Positions 24,894 to 38,091 of a stretch of 64,000 nucleotides of DNA are shown here, one piece after another. Numbering within the stretch: position 1 is the first letter of the stretch; each line of letters starts with the position of its first letter. The position numbers and the translations under genes were made by a program. The stretch lies in assembly GCA_017654855.1 (NCBI GenBank), contig CM030336.1, positions 2,604,001 to 2,668,000 of the forward strand. Reading direction: 5' to 3'. Source of the DNA: Podospora anserina (lineage: Eukaryota). The notes under the pieces are model-generated. The model did no database searches and had not been told where the DNA came from. It saw only the letters and a program-made list of their open reading frames with translations.

Positions 24894-27184
24894 TGTCCAG
24901 ATTTGTCGCAAATATCGTTATCCTGGCGCGGCAGGAGTCGGAATAAGAGAGTTCACAAGCACCCCACCTGGCATCCCTCAGTTGTCAAGTGATTCTGCCC
25001 CACCCACTCAGCCCAGACACTCCCGAGTCCCTCTCCCCTATCCCGGCTCTGCTGTTTTCGCAGCCGGTCCAGGGCTGGAATCCGTCCACCACCGGTCATT
25101 CTCGCTGCTCATGATTCCTTCGACCTTCCGCCATCACATCAACCACCACGCGTCATTTGGTTTCTGGCATCTGGCCGCCAACACCGATCGATCCAGTCTC
25201 ATACCTCCTCCGGACCTCCACGCCGGTTTGGACCGTGGGCACTGGTGTCTCGCTGTAGTGACTCGCTGTCGGTTACCACCCATGTCGCCTATGTATACGC
25301 CTCTCGAACTTGGGCGACTATGGTTGGCACCGTGGTTGACCGAGCATACAGATGGTCCCCAGCGGAACCTCTGAGGGCGCAGGGACTTGTATGCGAGGGT
25401 TGAAAGGGATCCCTATGGAAAGTTTCTGTGGGCCTGCGACGGTCATGTCGTTGACTGGGGTCCCGGCCGAGGTGGGCGTGTTAGCTTTACTATTCTTGTG
25501 GGATTCTCGTCGTGGTTGGGCTTACTCAGTGATTTTATTTTCATTGTCCTGATTGGACTTACGGACAAATCGACTGAAGCTTCCGGGTCGCCTACTCGAT
25601 ATTAGCGATTCCCCCGTTCGACAGATATCACCGACGGGGGTTGGACAATAATTCCGGGCCGCCCCTTTCCGATGAGAACGCTTGAAGTCACGACCAGGCA
25701 AGTTCTCCCACTGTTCTACCTTGCTTCTTACTGACCTCGGCTCTCGTGACAGCTTCCTCGATCTTCCGACGGCCCCCCGACTTCTCAAAAGTCCATTCGC
25801 GAAAGTTCAAGCACACCCGGAGAGCAAGAGTTGGTCAAATAGTCCGAACTACCACCCAGAATCTTGAATTCTACGCCAGCGTGAAGTCCTGCTGCTTTTA
25901 GCTACGTATTGGTGGGTGTGAGGTTTGCACTGGAATTCTTGATCAGACTTGACAGTGTGAAAATTCAAGATTTGAGTAAATAGCTGCAAGAACAGTATAT
26001 CGTCACAAGATTGCTAGCCCTGATATCCTGAGTGTCTTGGGTGTGGGTGCTGTTGAACTGATGAGAGACGGAGGTGCTCTCAGGGGGTGGCGGTGCATTG
26101 TGGCTGGGGTGGCTGAGTGTGTTGCTTGGGGTGACACTTTGGAAATTGGGATCTGGAAGATTTTGTGTTAGAAATGGGAGAATCGTGGGGGGATTTGGAG
26201 GAGATGACAGTTCTGAGGTACTTGCGTAAATGGGGGTTAAACCGGGAGAAAAAGTTGATCAAAGACTTCTCCTACAATAGATGATGGGAGTTCCAGCATT
26301 GGGGCTTCTACAAAATTATGATATGATAAGCAATACCGCCAAAGATTGACCAGGATTGAGAGGGAAAACGAGGCTTATTCTGTTTGTTTGTAGTACTATT
26401 CAGTGCTCCCGAAGCAAAGGGATACCGCCTTTGTATCCACACTGTTGAAGTTAACAGAACTTCCAAGATGCATGCAACAGTGATGATTGAACATGACGTC
26501 ACAGCTTTATAGTTACACGGAGACAAAAATACTACCTGAGCTCAAATTCGTGCAGCAACAGGTATCGTTCTGTATCTATGACCAACGCCGCTGATATCCT
26601 GGTCCAGGCTTCAGATTCCACGAGAAATTGAACAGCCCAGGGGCAGTATCCATTTTGCCATCCGAGCCAGCCAGTTCCAAAAACCGCAATGTCGTATGTC
26701 GTGATAGCTAAACCAACAAAGATTGAGTCTGATCTACTCGGTAATAGCCTTCAAAAGCGGTGTGGTTCATAGGATATCAGTATCCTTCAGCTCTTACGCA
26801 TATTCAAAATAAAATAAACCGATTATCCCAATCCCCGACAGTTAGGACGATCAAACTTGTACTTATTTTCATCCGCAAAATGGCCTCATCAACCAAACCA
26901 CACGCCACCCGAGCTTTGTGCTCCTCTGCTTCATGTTCAACAATCTACAACTGGGATTTCAGTGTGGCGACGGGGCCGAGTGATGCAAGCTGGCCCATAT
27001 GCTCACTGAGGTTGGGGTCGGTGACAAAATGCACCATCTTATCGACACCGTGTTTCATGATGGCGAAGAAATATTTTGACATGTCGGGGGTAATGGGGTT
27101 TCCCATGTCAACAGCGGCGGCGGTACCATCACCGCAAAATAGTTGATACGCATTAATAGGTTAACACATACCATGTTATAAATG

Positions 27185-27265
27185 ATGCTTTAAAAGAAAA
27201 TTAATAGGCCTTCTAACTATTTTTAAAGGCCTATGCACTATCTTTAAAAGCATGTTAATCTACTT
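27185..27265. repeat. AAGGCCT/ACTATCTT minisatellite array
   Basis: GAAAATTAATAGGCCTTCTAACTATTTTTAAAGGCCTATGCACTATCTTT; shares GAAAATTAATARGCCTT with the 20.5-kb array. Confidence 0.55.
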
Positions 27266-28069
27266 TTGTGTGTCAATCATTTTGTGGTAAGGGTGGGCGG
27301 TGGTCTTGAGAATCTCGTCTTTGATGATGACTTGAGGGTTGAGTATATGGGCTGAGAGCCCTGGATCAACGTTTTAGAGTTGAAACAGCAGTGGAATGGG
27401 GAGTACTGTGCTTGCCTTGGCTTGGGGTCTGGAGATGACGATATCGACAGCCGGAAGACAGACTCTTACACCTTGGGACGTGGTCATTATGCAACGTAAA
27501 GGTAAGAAATTTAGGACAGTCAGTCTATGACACAAAAGCTTGACCTAACAGCTGGTAGGGATTTCTGAACAACTCATGATGAGTAACTGCTTGTCTCTAC
27601 AAACAATGTCCCAGTCATGGTCTGCAGCAGCGCAAGCTCACCATGGATATGAGTAAGATGCATAGTACGTTACGGTCATCGCAAGGCCCCATGCTCAAAT
27701 AACACAAAAATAATGTTCAAAGCTCCAAAATAGTCAACGGGCAATGAGCGGTTGCTTGATGCTGTGGAGTTACCTCTGACGACGAGAGGTCCGGCGGCCA
27801 GCTCTGCGGCCCTTCCAGTAACCTCACCGCCCTGGAGCAACCTGGAAGCTGTCATCTGCGCAGACCCTCCAGCTGTCCCGCAATACTCAGCCTGGTCATT
27901 CACCGTGCTCGCACAACAACTGCTGACTGGCCTGAAAAGATCGACTCACTGGCAAACTCCCCCGCCAACACCACCTTCAGCCTTTTCACCCTCACTCTTC
28001 TTTCCCTCAACAATCCTCTCTCTCCACCTCACAAGCTCTCCCTTTTGACACTCCCAGCCTCTCCCAACC

Positions 28070-28809
28070 ATGATTCCCGACACAGGTAACAAATACCGCG
28101 GCAAGGGCATCAGCCACGCAGTCCCCAAACCCACTGCCAGCTCATTCACGACTCCTAATCCCGCCGAGATGACTTCCGCGGTAAGTCCTCAAACACACAT
28201 TTGCCCTATCCATAGCCTCATCCACTAACCCAATACACCCTTCAGCAGACCTCCCCCTCGACCCCCATCCCCGATCCGTCCCCCGATCCCCCCGCCGACC
28301 ACCTCGACTCAATCATCGAAATCAGCGACGACGACGAAGTAAGTCCCCTCCCTCCTTCCCAACACTAACACCCCCGGTACCAATCACTAACCACTGTTCG
28401 CCCACAGGCCGAGATTCACCCCCCTGCTTCTCCCACCAAGAACCGCGCCCCTCACACCAACACCTCTCTTCATGATCTTCGTGGTCGTTCTCGTCCGCGC
28501 GATCCCTCCAAGAAGCGCTCTTCGTTCGCTGATCCCCCTCCTTTCTCTATGGGCCCTCTCCCGTCAACACCCCCCAGAGTCCCCGCCTACATCAGAGCCG
28601 AGCAAGCCAAGAAGCATCTCGTCTCCGTCCTCCTGGAGGACGCCACAGATGAGCTTTGGAGACTCAGCAACACCGTCTCCACTGCGAGATCGACTGCCAG
28701 GCAGGGTGAACACGAAAAGGTGGACAAGCTGCTATATGACCTGTCCTCCCAGGCTTCGAGGTTAAAGCTCAAGTTGAAGGAGGTAGTAGAGACCCACAAT
28801 CGACGCTGA
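28070..28809 (+). CDS. Hypothetical Pro-rich/coiled-coil protein, 3 exons
   Basis: GTAAGT..CTAAC..CAG introns at 28181-28245 and 28339-28407 splice in frame into ORF 28549-28809. Confidence 0.65.
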
Positions 28810-29463
28810 GGGAGAGCTTGTGGTATTCTTCGTGTTGGTTCCATTCTTTGAGAAAGTAGATAGGAAGCTGGGGTAGAGGCCTGAGGGAATCAACACAGGA
28901 GAATTGGTAGATACCTTTACCATTGCTACGTGCTCAGACTCATTGAATATTCCATGGAACTGTACTTGTCAACCTCAAAAGGTACATTTGTTGTCAACGA
29001 CACCATTCTCTAGAGATGTAACGTTTGAAAAGGTCTCCTATCCTTCTGCAATGAACCTTCATCTTTTTCACTCTTGAAAACATAACACAATTCAAAGCAA
29101 AACAATACCGCAAACCAAAAGAAATGAGCACCACAGAAAGAGTTGGTATCAACGGCTCAAGTCGCATGTAGCATTTGGGTATCTCTAAACCAGCACTTCC
29201 ATAGCCCCAGTCCATCCCGGCTTGCCTCAAATGCCTGTAAAAACAACTTCAACCCAATTTGCCAGCGATCCTGCCCAACTCCACCCTCGAAAACTCCAAC
29301 GCTCATGCCAGTCCAACAAAGAAAAGCCAACCAAATCATGCAGATGTCTTTTGAAAGACCAATGGTCAATCAAACCTCGTCATCATTCAGCATGCGAACA
29401 AATTAATCAGAGATGTCAGTTGAGGCATATTTGTGAAAAGAAAACAGAGAGGGTACTTACAGC

Positions 29464-30290
29464 TTACTGGTCGACCTGGCCGCTCAAGAACATGGCCAGG
29501 AGCATTTTCAGCTCCTTGACTTCGCTCAAGGCGCTCTTTCATGGCTCACAGCCATCCTTGTGGGCCTTCTCCGACTTGTCCTGCCGAACAGCGAGACTCA
29601 TCATGCCAGCCGTCAGGGCATCATGGTGACCCTAGCCAGACTTCATCTCCTTGCGGAGACTCTTAGCCTCGTTCTGGCGCTGCAGATCGTGGTACTGCTT
29701 CATCAGAGCAGCCACCGACAGCTCCCCCGAGGCCTGCTCGGCACCTCCCACGAGAACAACCTGGGTCATCACCTCCTCAATCTTTGCGAGGTGAGCCTCC
29801 ATCCTAGTAAGACGCTTGGTTTAGGCGGCCGCCTCGCCTTCGAGCCAATGACTCTGGCCCTAAGGCCCTCGGCAGCCCCGTTCCCGTCGCAAGCGGACGA
29901 AAAGTCCATCCTGTCGCTATCGCCAGTAAAGACCAAACTCCTCAAGCTTTTCTTCCACCTTCTCAACACCGTCCCGCAAGAACTTCGCCGACACGGAGGT
30001 CATGTCCTTCTCAGTCTTCAGTTCTTCCACGTCTCCCTTTTGCTCCAGACGCAGGAGTCCCAAGTCATTGACGAACGTGGAGTAGTTCGTGTGAGGTTGA
30101 GATTTCCTCCATCTTCTGCCCCATCAGAGACAGGCCAGCCCCAGCAGCAAAGGTTTTCATGCCTATGGTGTTCTGGGGGTCCAGAACAGCATCGCACATG
30201 CGGTCGACATTGTAACCCATGTATGACTGGTACCTCTTGATCAACTCGGGGGAAGGTTTGTCGCCGATATCCAGGGTGTTGGACACAAGC
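29464..30290 (-). pseudogene. Coiled-coil protein pseudogene
   Basis: Long E/K/L-rich frame interrupted by several stops. Confidence 0.4.
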
Positions 30291-32186
30291 TCGAGAACAT
30301 CCTCGGCGCTGTCGGAAGAGGCATCATTGTGATCGGGATGATCGGCGGGGAGGGACTCGGCGGCAAAGGGGCGAGTGGATTCGGCACACTAACTGATGTT
30401 AGATGTGTAAAATGACATGAAGAAATACGGGACATTGCATACCTTGTCTTCGGTGTCAACGGACATCGTACCCTCCTCGGCAGAGTTTTTGCGGCGCTGT
30501 CGGCAGCGGCATCGGAGGAAGCACCCTAAGTCCAGTCAGCAAGGCACAGAAAAAAAAAGTTGAGTAAGTCGACCACCAGAAATGCCTCAAGTTCTCGATC
30601 ACCGCGCCACATGAACCGGAACCCCACTCCACCACATGACCTTCGCAGGCCCAGGATATTATATTAGGGCTCCCTTTCAAAACTCTCGCATACTGGTCCC
30701 TGAGTCCTCAGAGGTTCCGCTGGAGACCAACGAATGCTCGGTCAATCACAATGCCAAACGTGGTTGACCAAGTTAAAGAGGCGTCTACACAATTGAGCGG
30801 TGGTGGTTACCAACAACAGACACACGAGAACATCAGACTCAGTATTGACCGGCGATCACATCGAATCAAGGGATGAGTCTGGCTATCAGTGTTGGCAGTC
30901 CCGTGCCAGATCCAAGTGCGGTGAGACGAAAACAAGAGGAGGAGCATATGTGCAGGAGAGGCAGCCTGGGGCTGGGCATACCGATGACGAAAGGTGTAGG
31001 GGGTCGGGTACTTACATTGTTGGTACCTATCAACGCCACCACAAACTTGGTCGCGGCGTTCGTTATGGCCCTCACGCGCCATCCTCAAAAAGCTCGGGTT
31101 TTTTGGCGTCGCTTGCAAAAGCGGAGAAGTTAGCGGTCGAGTCGCTTGAAAACCCCAAACAATTGGTGTGACAAGGGGCTGTAGTGTCAGGGCTTGGAAC
31201 AGTGGTTCAATTCAGCTAATAATCTTCAGTGGCCTCAAGATCCTTGATGACCCCTTCATCTGGCTGTCTAGCGAGCGGGTATCTTATCTCTCATAAAGTG
31301 GTCCGCGCCACTAGCTGCCTAAGGCTGTCGCCAAGGTGCCCATGGTGTCCGTGCATACCAATCTATTTGCTCCAGCCAATAGTACAACTTCTGAACCGCC
31401 CATCCTTTGTTCCGTTTGCCTCACTTCCTAACGACTGGATCATAGCCTGCAGATGCCCCTCACTTCCAGTGGTGTTGGTAGTATTGTTGGTCATGGCCTA
31501 AGGTGGTTGGTCCTTTGCCGTGTGACAATTGGTGATCCAGTCGCTTGAAAACGCAGAGGAATTGGTGATGAAGTGACTTACAAACGGAATCGGAGCCGGC
31601 AGACGACAAAGTTGCAAAACCGAAACTGTGTTGCGAGGCGCACAGAGAAGAAGAAGAAGATGGGAGAGCAGTGGGAAGTTGGAAGAAATTAAATACCCAG
31701 GGAAAGCGGGGCACCTACAGATTGCAGAATCAGCAAGGACCAGCAAAATCAAAGCGGTCGGCCTAGCACCTTCCATCGGGAGGTTGCTCCTTCCCTCTAA
31801 AAGATGTATGACCAGACGATTTGGCGGAGGGCCTACGTCCTCAGGGAAAGAGCAACTTAACTCTGCAAATCAGACGACCAGAATCCAGGCACCTGGCTAT
31901 TGAAGTTGTTCCTCGAAGGCTAGAGCATGACGCGTGATCTTAGAAGGGTACGGAATCCTGGAAGGCTACGGACTCTTTGGAGAGAAGCGGAACCTTTGGT
32001 AGGAGCACTGTGCCTGAGAAGAAAAGTCGGTGGAAGGGCCTCCAGATAAGCCGATAGAAATCTACCCTTTGGGAGGTATCCAACTACGGCTCTCTTCTTC
32101 TGACCTTCCTCAAAACAACAAACAACCAACTCCAATCTATCACATCGTCTCACCAACACTCACCTCGCCATCCACCCACACCCAGA

Positions 32187-32640
32187 ATGACTACCAAGCA
32201 CAAGACCGAGAAGAAGCGATAGGCGTGGAGGGTGAGAAAAAAAGGCACAACACAAAGCAGAAAGGCTTGCCCGTCAGGTACAACGGGGTGACAAGAAGCC
32301 TGTCCCCATTCCAGTATGAATAGCCAGCAAACTTTCATGTATGAGCACTTCTAACCTCAACGGACAGCCCAGAAAGTCAAAGACGGAGCGCCGTCTCGAT
32401 GCTTTTTCTCTGGAGACCGAACGCCAGAAAGCCGAGGTCGAACGACAGAGAGCCGAGATCTAACGCCAGAAAGCTGAGATCAATTCGCTGAAAGCAAAGG
32501 TTCAGAGCTTGAGCAAGAAACAGCAATCCGACACGGCGACAATAATAAAGAGGATTGACAAGGGTGGATCGACCTTCCAGAGCAGAATCAACAAGCTGTA
32601 CCACATGATTCCGCGCCCAAAGGAACCAAGGCCGTGGTAG
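32187..32640 (+). pseudogene. Degraded paralog of the 24346-24893 gene
   Basis: MTTKHKTEKKR*AWRVRKK start, then ERQKAEVERQRAEI*RQKAEI heptad repeats. Confidence 0.4.
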
Positions 32641-33621
32641 AGAGACTGGAATGCTGGTGTATATCAATTTTTGGGGCATGGCATGAATTTTTTGTCAGGT
32701 GGATGTCGAGAAAGTAGATCGTTTGTTGGTTCCTGAGGCACAGTTCAGGGGTAACCTACAAAATAACATCTATGTTGTCACGGTAACTCAAAAGGGGGTG
32801 CCAAGCCCATAACAATTTCACTTCCAAAACCGTCAACCAGGGCCTCATGATGTTCATTGAGACCATCATCGACCACAAAGTTGCCGACACATGATGGATC
32901 GATTTGAAGGCAATTTGTCGCTTTCTATCTTCATGGCCGTCCACCTTCATCATGAATACTGCCAATAAATTGAGTTACCATTGGCCCAGACCGCCTTGCG
33001 TCTGTTTTCCTCATCCTGCATCAAGGCCCTTATTTGCCCAAAGATTGAGCTCTATGGTTATTCCCTGCCTGATGGCCATGTGTGCGGTCCGCCATTAGCT
33101 CATTTCGCACTCCGGCAGCCAAGCATCCCGAACTCCAGACGCTTTCATTCCTCTGGATAATACACAATTATATAGAATTAAAAAGGGTGCCCAAAGGCAT
33201 CGCCCACGCCTAGCTCAGTGTGACGAGGGAGATTCCCAGCCAGCCCTGTGCTGGAAGGGCACGATTGGTCCATTGATCTAACCCACTTATTTTGCCCTGC
33301 CTCAAGACTGCACACACATTGCTCTAGAATCCTATTCACTTGTTGATTAGCATTGTCACTCCTCCTACTTGGGATCTCCCCCGCTTCCCACAAAAGAGAA
33401 AACCAAGAGATATCCGAACAATACGTTCGCCCTCTGCTGCTTTTCATCGACACGCGCAACACCAGGACTCCACAAGTACCCCATCATCGTCACCCCAATT
33501 CCTGTCCAGTCTTCACCGTCGTCATCTGCTGATTTCATCATCGCAGCTGAACCACTGACAGGCGTTTCCGGCAGGACTCAAACCTGAACTCAACCCTCAT
33601 CCCATTCACCCAAGCGCCACG

Positions 33622-34317
33622 ATGTCGCCCACAGCTGCAACTGTAGGTTCCCGATATCACGTCATCGTCGTCGGTGTTCCCCTATTCTTTCCACATACAC
33701 AAATAGATACAGGTCATTCGGACGAGGCGGTACTCTAGATACAGCACTGTGCATTTCTCTCCTGGTCGACTTGCTCAGCTTTGTTTACTTTTGTTCACTT
33801 TTGCCAACGGGACTTTTAGATTGCCGATAGTGATCCCTCACCGACCCTCGATGTCAACGACAAGGCGAAGACCGCATGCAAGAAGGATGAAGAAGCTGAA
33901 TGATTGAGAGACTTGATGAGAAGACAGGACAAGCTCATCAAGCGTTTGGAGTTGGAAAGCGTGGGGATCAATCTGCCTGACTCGGAGGACACCGCATCCG
34001 ACAACACCAATGACAACCAGCTTTCTGCCACTTTTCCTGCTGCAACAAAGCATAACGCTGAGGCCCTTCCAGAGTTGGAGGCTGAGGCGACTGCCAGGCT
34101 GAACGCGGCGGAAAAGGCTTTGGCCTCCAGCCAGCGAGCGTTCCACTCCCGACTTGCGGTCGGTTATGCCCGGTTGCAAAATGTCCAAGCCATCAACGAG
34201 AGCATCGCCCGCCTTCAGGACACGAAACGTCCACCAGCTGCGATTCGCTGTCGTCTCAGGTTGTTGAGTTCATTGATGAGGAACTTCGGGATTTATTCGA
34301 GCACCATGCAGCTCTGA
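33622..34317 (+). pseudogene. Coiled-coil orphan gene remnant
   Basis: Short first exon with GTAGGT donor and an acceptor at ~33819; in-frame TGA at 33901 precedes ORF 33904-34317. Confidence 0.3.
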
Positions 34318-34798
34318 ATAGTTGTCTCCATGAGTATGAGGCATGCAGGGAACATCTGGCTGATGTTAGGGCCAGGGCCACAATGTTGCAGAATGCCGAA
34401 TTCATGGCCTGGGGTCATAGCTTGGGTTCATGAGGGGGTCATAGTATCCGAGGGTGTGGGTGGGCTGGAAGCTACCTACAGGCACGATGTCAAGCAGCCT
34501 CGAGAACCTGAAGCAGTCAACCAGAGAACACATCCTCGACAGCCGTAGATGATCCACGGGGAAGCTGGGGATCGGGGATCCCTACTGGCGATCCATGAGA
34601 AGATGGGATAGCCCAGGAAAACAAAAAACTACCTATCACATAAAAAGTTCACCCAACAAACTAACCAGACCTGAATGACACGTCCAAACACTGTGAAAAC
34701 ATTACTTTATTGGTATCAACCAACCTTTCTATGTACCTATCCAACCCCCTTTCCCTCAAAACCATTTCCCCCCTCCCAATCTATCCATCACCACTCAG

Positions 34799-35560
34799 TC
34801 AATTCCCCCTCTCATACCCCCCACACCCCCTCCCCGGCTCAGCAACCTCATACGCATAAACATCAACCGCAAAATAAATCAACGCATCACTATCAAACCC
34901 GCTCCTCTCATCCCCCCCCTCGGCCATGCCCAAAACCTCATCCCACCCATCAGCATAATGGTGCACCGCATTCTCGCTCACCTGAGGGACGTGAAAAGTC
35001 CGGTGAAGCAAATCGGTAGCCCAGAACAGGTTGGTGGCCCCCTCCTTGACGGTGTACCCCAACCCGCAGACCTGATCCAGCCACCTTCTCTTCCCCGGGG
35101 CAAAAGACAAGTCGCAGATGACGGTTTCTTGCGTAGCGTTGGAACCGCGCCAGTGGCCGGCCCAGCCTTCTTGGGTGGCGCAATTCCGGTCTGGGTCGTC
35201 GCAGCGGAAGAGCATTTTCCCTCTCGCGGCGGAGGCGACGCGGGAGAAGACCCCTAGTGGGGCGATGGTGGTGGAGTTGGGCCCGAAGTACTTCTTGACA
35301 AAGGGGGATGACTGCCCGTGCTCGAGGAGATGATCGCGGGCGACGGAGGCGAGGGTGACGGTCTCGTCAAAGGCGCGGGTGAGCTGGTGGGAGAGGGTGG
35401 AGTTGCAGCTTGAATGGATTGGGAAGGCGGGGGTGGTGGAGGAGGAGCCGGTGTTGGAGATGATGGTGGTGGTGGTGGTGGTGATCTCCTGGCGGCCCAA
35501 GGGGGAGGCTGACACGGCGGCGGCTGCGGTGAGGAGGCTGAGGAGAGTGGAGGAGCGCAT
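34799..35560 (-). CDS. Secreted Aspf2/Pra1/Zps1-family zinc-binding protein (HRxxH)
   Basis: Signal peptide MRSSTLLSLLTAAAAVSA; FPIHSSCN, FRCDDPDRNC, GWAGHWRG, ETVIC and DLLHRTFH motifs. Confidence 0.9.
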   Translation of the reverse strand: MRSSTLLSLLTAAAAVSASPLGRQEITTTTTTIISNTGSSSTTPAFPIHSSCNSTLSHQLTRAFDETVTLASVARDHLLEHGQSSPFVKKYFGPNSTTIAPLGVFSRVASAARGKMLFRCDDPDRNCATQEGWAGHWRGSNATQETVICDLSFAPGKRRWLDQVCGLGYTVKEGATNLFWATDLLHRTFHVPQVSENAVHHYADGWDEVLGMAEGGDERSGFDSDALIYFAVDVYAYEVAEPGRGCGGYERGN

Positions 35561-35738
35561 TTTGTTTTTGGCTGGATGCGGGGGGATGGGAAGATGCCTG
35601 GGCGAGGAATGCAGGATGATGGCAGTGTGATCTTCGAATGGCACGCAGAAGGGGGGGGGGAAGGGGGTATTAATACTTGTGCCACTGGATTGGGACTCTG
35701 TGCATTTTCTTTTCTTTGAGGGGCTGGATGTATGACAG

Positions 35739-35820
35739 CTGAGAACCTTGATGTCAATGTTGGTTCCTGAGAACCTTGATGTCTGGCAGGGTTGGGGATT
35801 CACCATGGGGCACCTTGATG
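35739..35820 (-). promoter_or_regulatory. Three CAAGGT zinc-responsive (ZafA-type) motifs
   Basis: ACCTTG at 35745, 35773 and 35812; the first two lie in a 17-bp direct repeat CTGAGAACCTTGATGTC, 185-255 bp upstream of the Aspf2-like ATG. Confidence 0.65.
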
Positions 35821-36237
35821 GCCACGCCAAGACAACTCCACCATTTTTTTGATAGGGAGACTGGCCAATCACCATCAGACGAACACCGTAATTGTGGTCA
35901 GAGATGCATAACAAAGGAACATCAAGTCCCGATTCTGCACTCCAGGTGGTATTGAGAAGGCGGGTTGGTGGGGGTGGTGAACGGCATGGTGGTGACAAGC
36001 TTGGAATGCCCTCGGGTAACGCGCTGATCAAGGACCCGGGAACCTGGGAAAAAGTCTTTTCGTTTCTGTGAAGCATGAAATCCCACGTGGGGGGGTTGCA
36101 ACCTAGAAAGTGACGCAATGGGCCAGAGCTGGATGAGGCTATCCACCCATCTGAATCAAGAACAGTGTGTTCTGAAAGCCTTCCAGGGCCTACACAAAGG
36201 AATCCAACGCCAGCTACTTATCCTTCAACATCAGTCA

Positions 36238-38091
36238 TTAACAAGCACTCATCCACTCCACAACCACCCTCAACCCCCTAGCCCCCCTCTTCGCCAACCC
36301 CGAAAGCCCAGAGACTGTCGTGGCAACATCCGACTCCTCCGTCTCATACAACGTCAGTTCCGGCCGATCCCCCGGTCCGAACATTGCAACCAGGAGATGT
36401 CTCATGAAGACATAAACCAGATGAATCCCCAAACATGTCCTGGAACCCCTACCCAAGCTTGCAAAATTCCTGTCCATTTCCGGCTTGTGATTCCCTGGTA
36501 ACCACCGCTCTGGGCGGAAGGCGAGAGGATCAGGATAGACCTCAGGATCGGTGTTCAACATCCAGGCAGACATGCCCACTGGTGTACCGGGGAGGATAAC
36601 CCAGTCTTTGTATACGATCGGGGCGTCTAGGTTTCGTCTGGCTGACCCGCGCAGGGCTCCGAAGAAGAGGCTATATCTATGAGCTTAGCACTTTTCACAA
36701 GGTAGAGGGACAGTTGACCAAACTTACCGAAGTCCTTCTTTGACACAAGCCTTGAGATACTCTGCTTTGTTGAGCTTTATCCAAACCGGCGTCTCCTGCT
36801 TTGAGTCCATATCGGGTCCGAGAAGGTCAACCAATTCAGAGCGGAGCTTCTCCTTGATGTCTGGATTGGCCAAAATATGATATGTAGTCACCATCATTAC
36901 CCGTGGTATGTTGAAGATGGTCGCCATGAATATTGTGAGTAGCTCCGCGCAGACCCTCTCGGGAGTCCTTTCGTGTGGGGGTAGGTTGCTATTCAGAAGA
37001 TGGGCAATGAGCTTGGTGTCGGGACTGAGAAGTTCGTCTGTCAATTCGTCGTCTGAGATGGTGACAGTGGTCTTGGACGTCGAGATGCGCGCGGCACGGG
37101 AGGAGTCAAATTGCTTTTTAACGAGCTAGAGGGAGAAGAATGGTTAGCCATCATGGAAGAAGCTGAGGGTTGGGGATGACAACTCACCAAATACAAGCGA
37201 TTATTCGTTGCCACCGTCGGGGCCAGCCGCAAGAGGAGAGTTGGGGGGATGGCGTTGATTAGACCCGTAACCCAGGAGAAATGATTCAACCAAGCCGAAA
37301 CCCGAGCCACTGTTTGGAGGGCTGAGTAGCTGCAGAGGTCAGCGGTCCAATCTTGATCTTGCCTGATGATACAGAAGCCTACATTGAGCCCGGAAGTTGT
37401 AGTTCATCAGTCTCCGTCAAATCTACCGCATCATCAAAACTGAAAGCGGTCACCAGATCAGCGGATACGACCGTAAACAGGTCTTCCATCTTGACCACCG
37501 AACCTGATCGGTTAAGCTTCTGGAGTCTCGATCGTATTCGCCGTGAGATCTGCCATATAATCGGCTCCATATTATCGGTGTTTCTTGAACAGAAGAATGT
37601 CGCAAGAGGCTTTCGTCGCAGTTTGTGTAGCTCATGCGACTCGGTCAGAATGTGGGAGTTGTCAATCAGACGCAGCCCTTGCTGAGACCAGGCATATTTC
37701 TCGATACGATGCTTGACACCAGATGAGTAGATCTGAGAAAACAACACTGGGTCGCTGGCATGGAGCTCCCAGGGGTTGATCCTGATGATGGGGCCTACAC
37801 GGAATGAAACTGACTTAGTCTATGTCCAGGCCGATGGGTTGGCAGAGCGATGTTACCATATTTTTCATGCAGCTTCTGTACCTTCAAGTAGAATTGGCCG
37901 TCTTTAATGATGTCGTAGTAAAACTCGTACCAACCCGTGAGTGCTGCAAGTTTGGGGCCTGGAAAACGGGAAAGCGGGGAAAGGTAAAGTCGGTATAATG
38001 ACACGCCACTGAGGTAAACCCCGAGGCAAGCCAGCACAACGACCGGTAGTGGCGGGGCTGCCTCCATCAAACCACTGAGTTGCTCCAGCAT
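36238..38091 (-). CDS. Cytochrome P450 (trichodiene oxygenase-like clan), multi-exon
   Basis: N-terminal TM, FPGPKLAALTGWYE, GPIIRINPWELH, KEGLR (ExxR), FRPERW, LGRGSRTCLG heme Cys. Confidence 0.9.

Noticed and set aside
20400..34500. Starship element
   Set aside because: No DUF3435 tyrosine recombinase or recognisable direct-repeat boundaries found.
35561..36118. N-terminal 185 aa of the 439-aa ORF
   Set aside because: The true start is the signal-peptide Met at 35560; the extension is promoter DNA.
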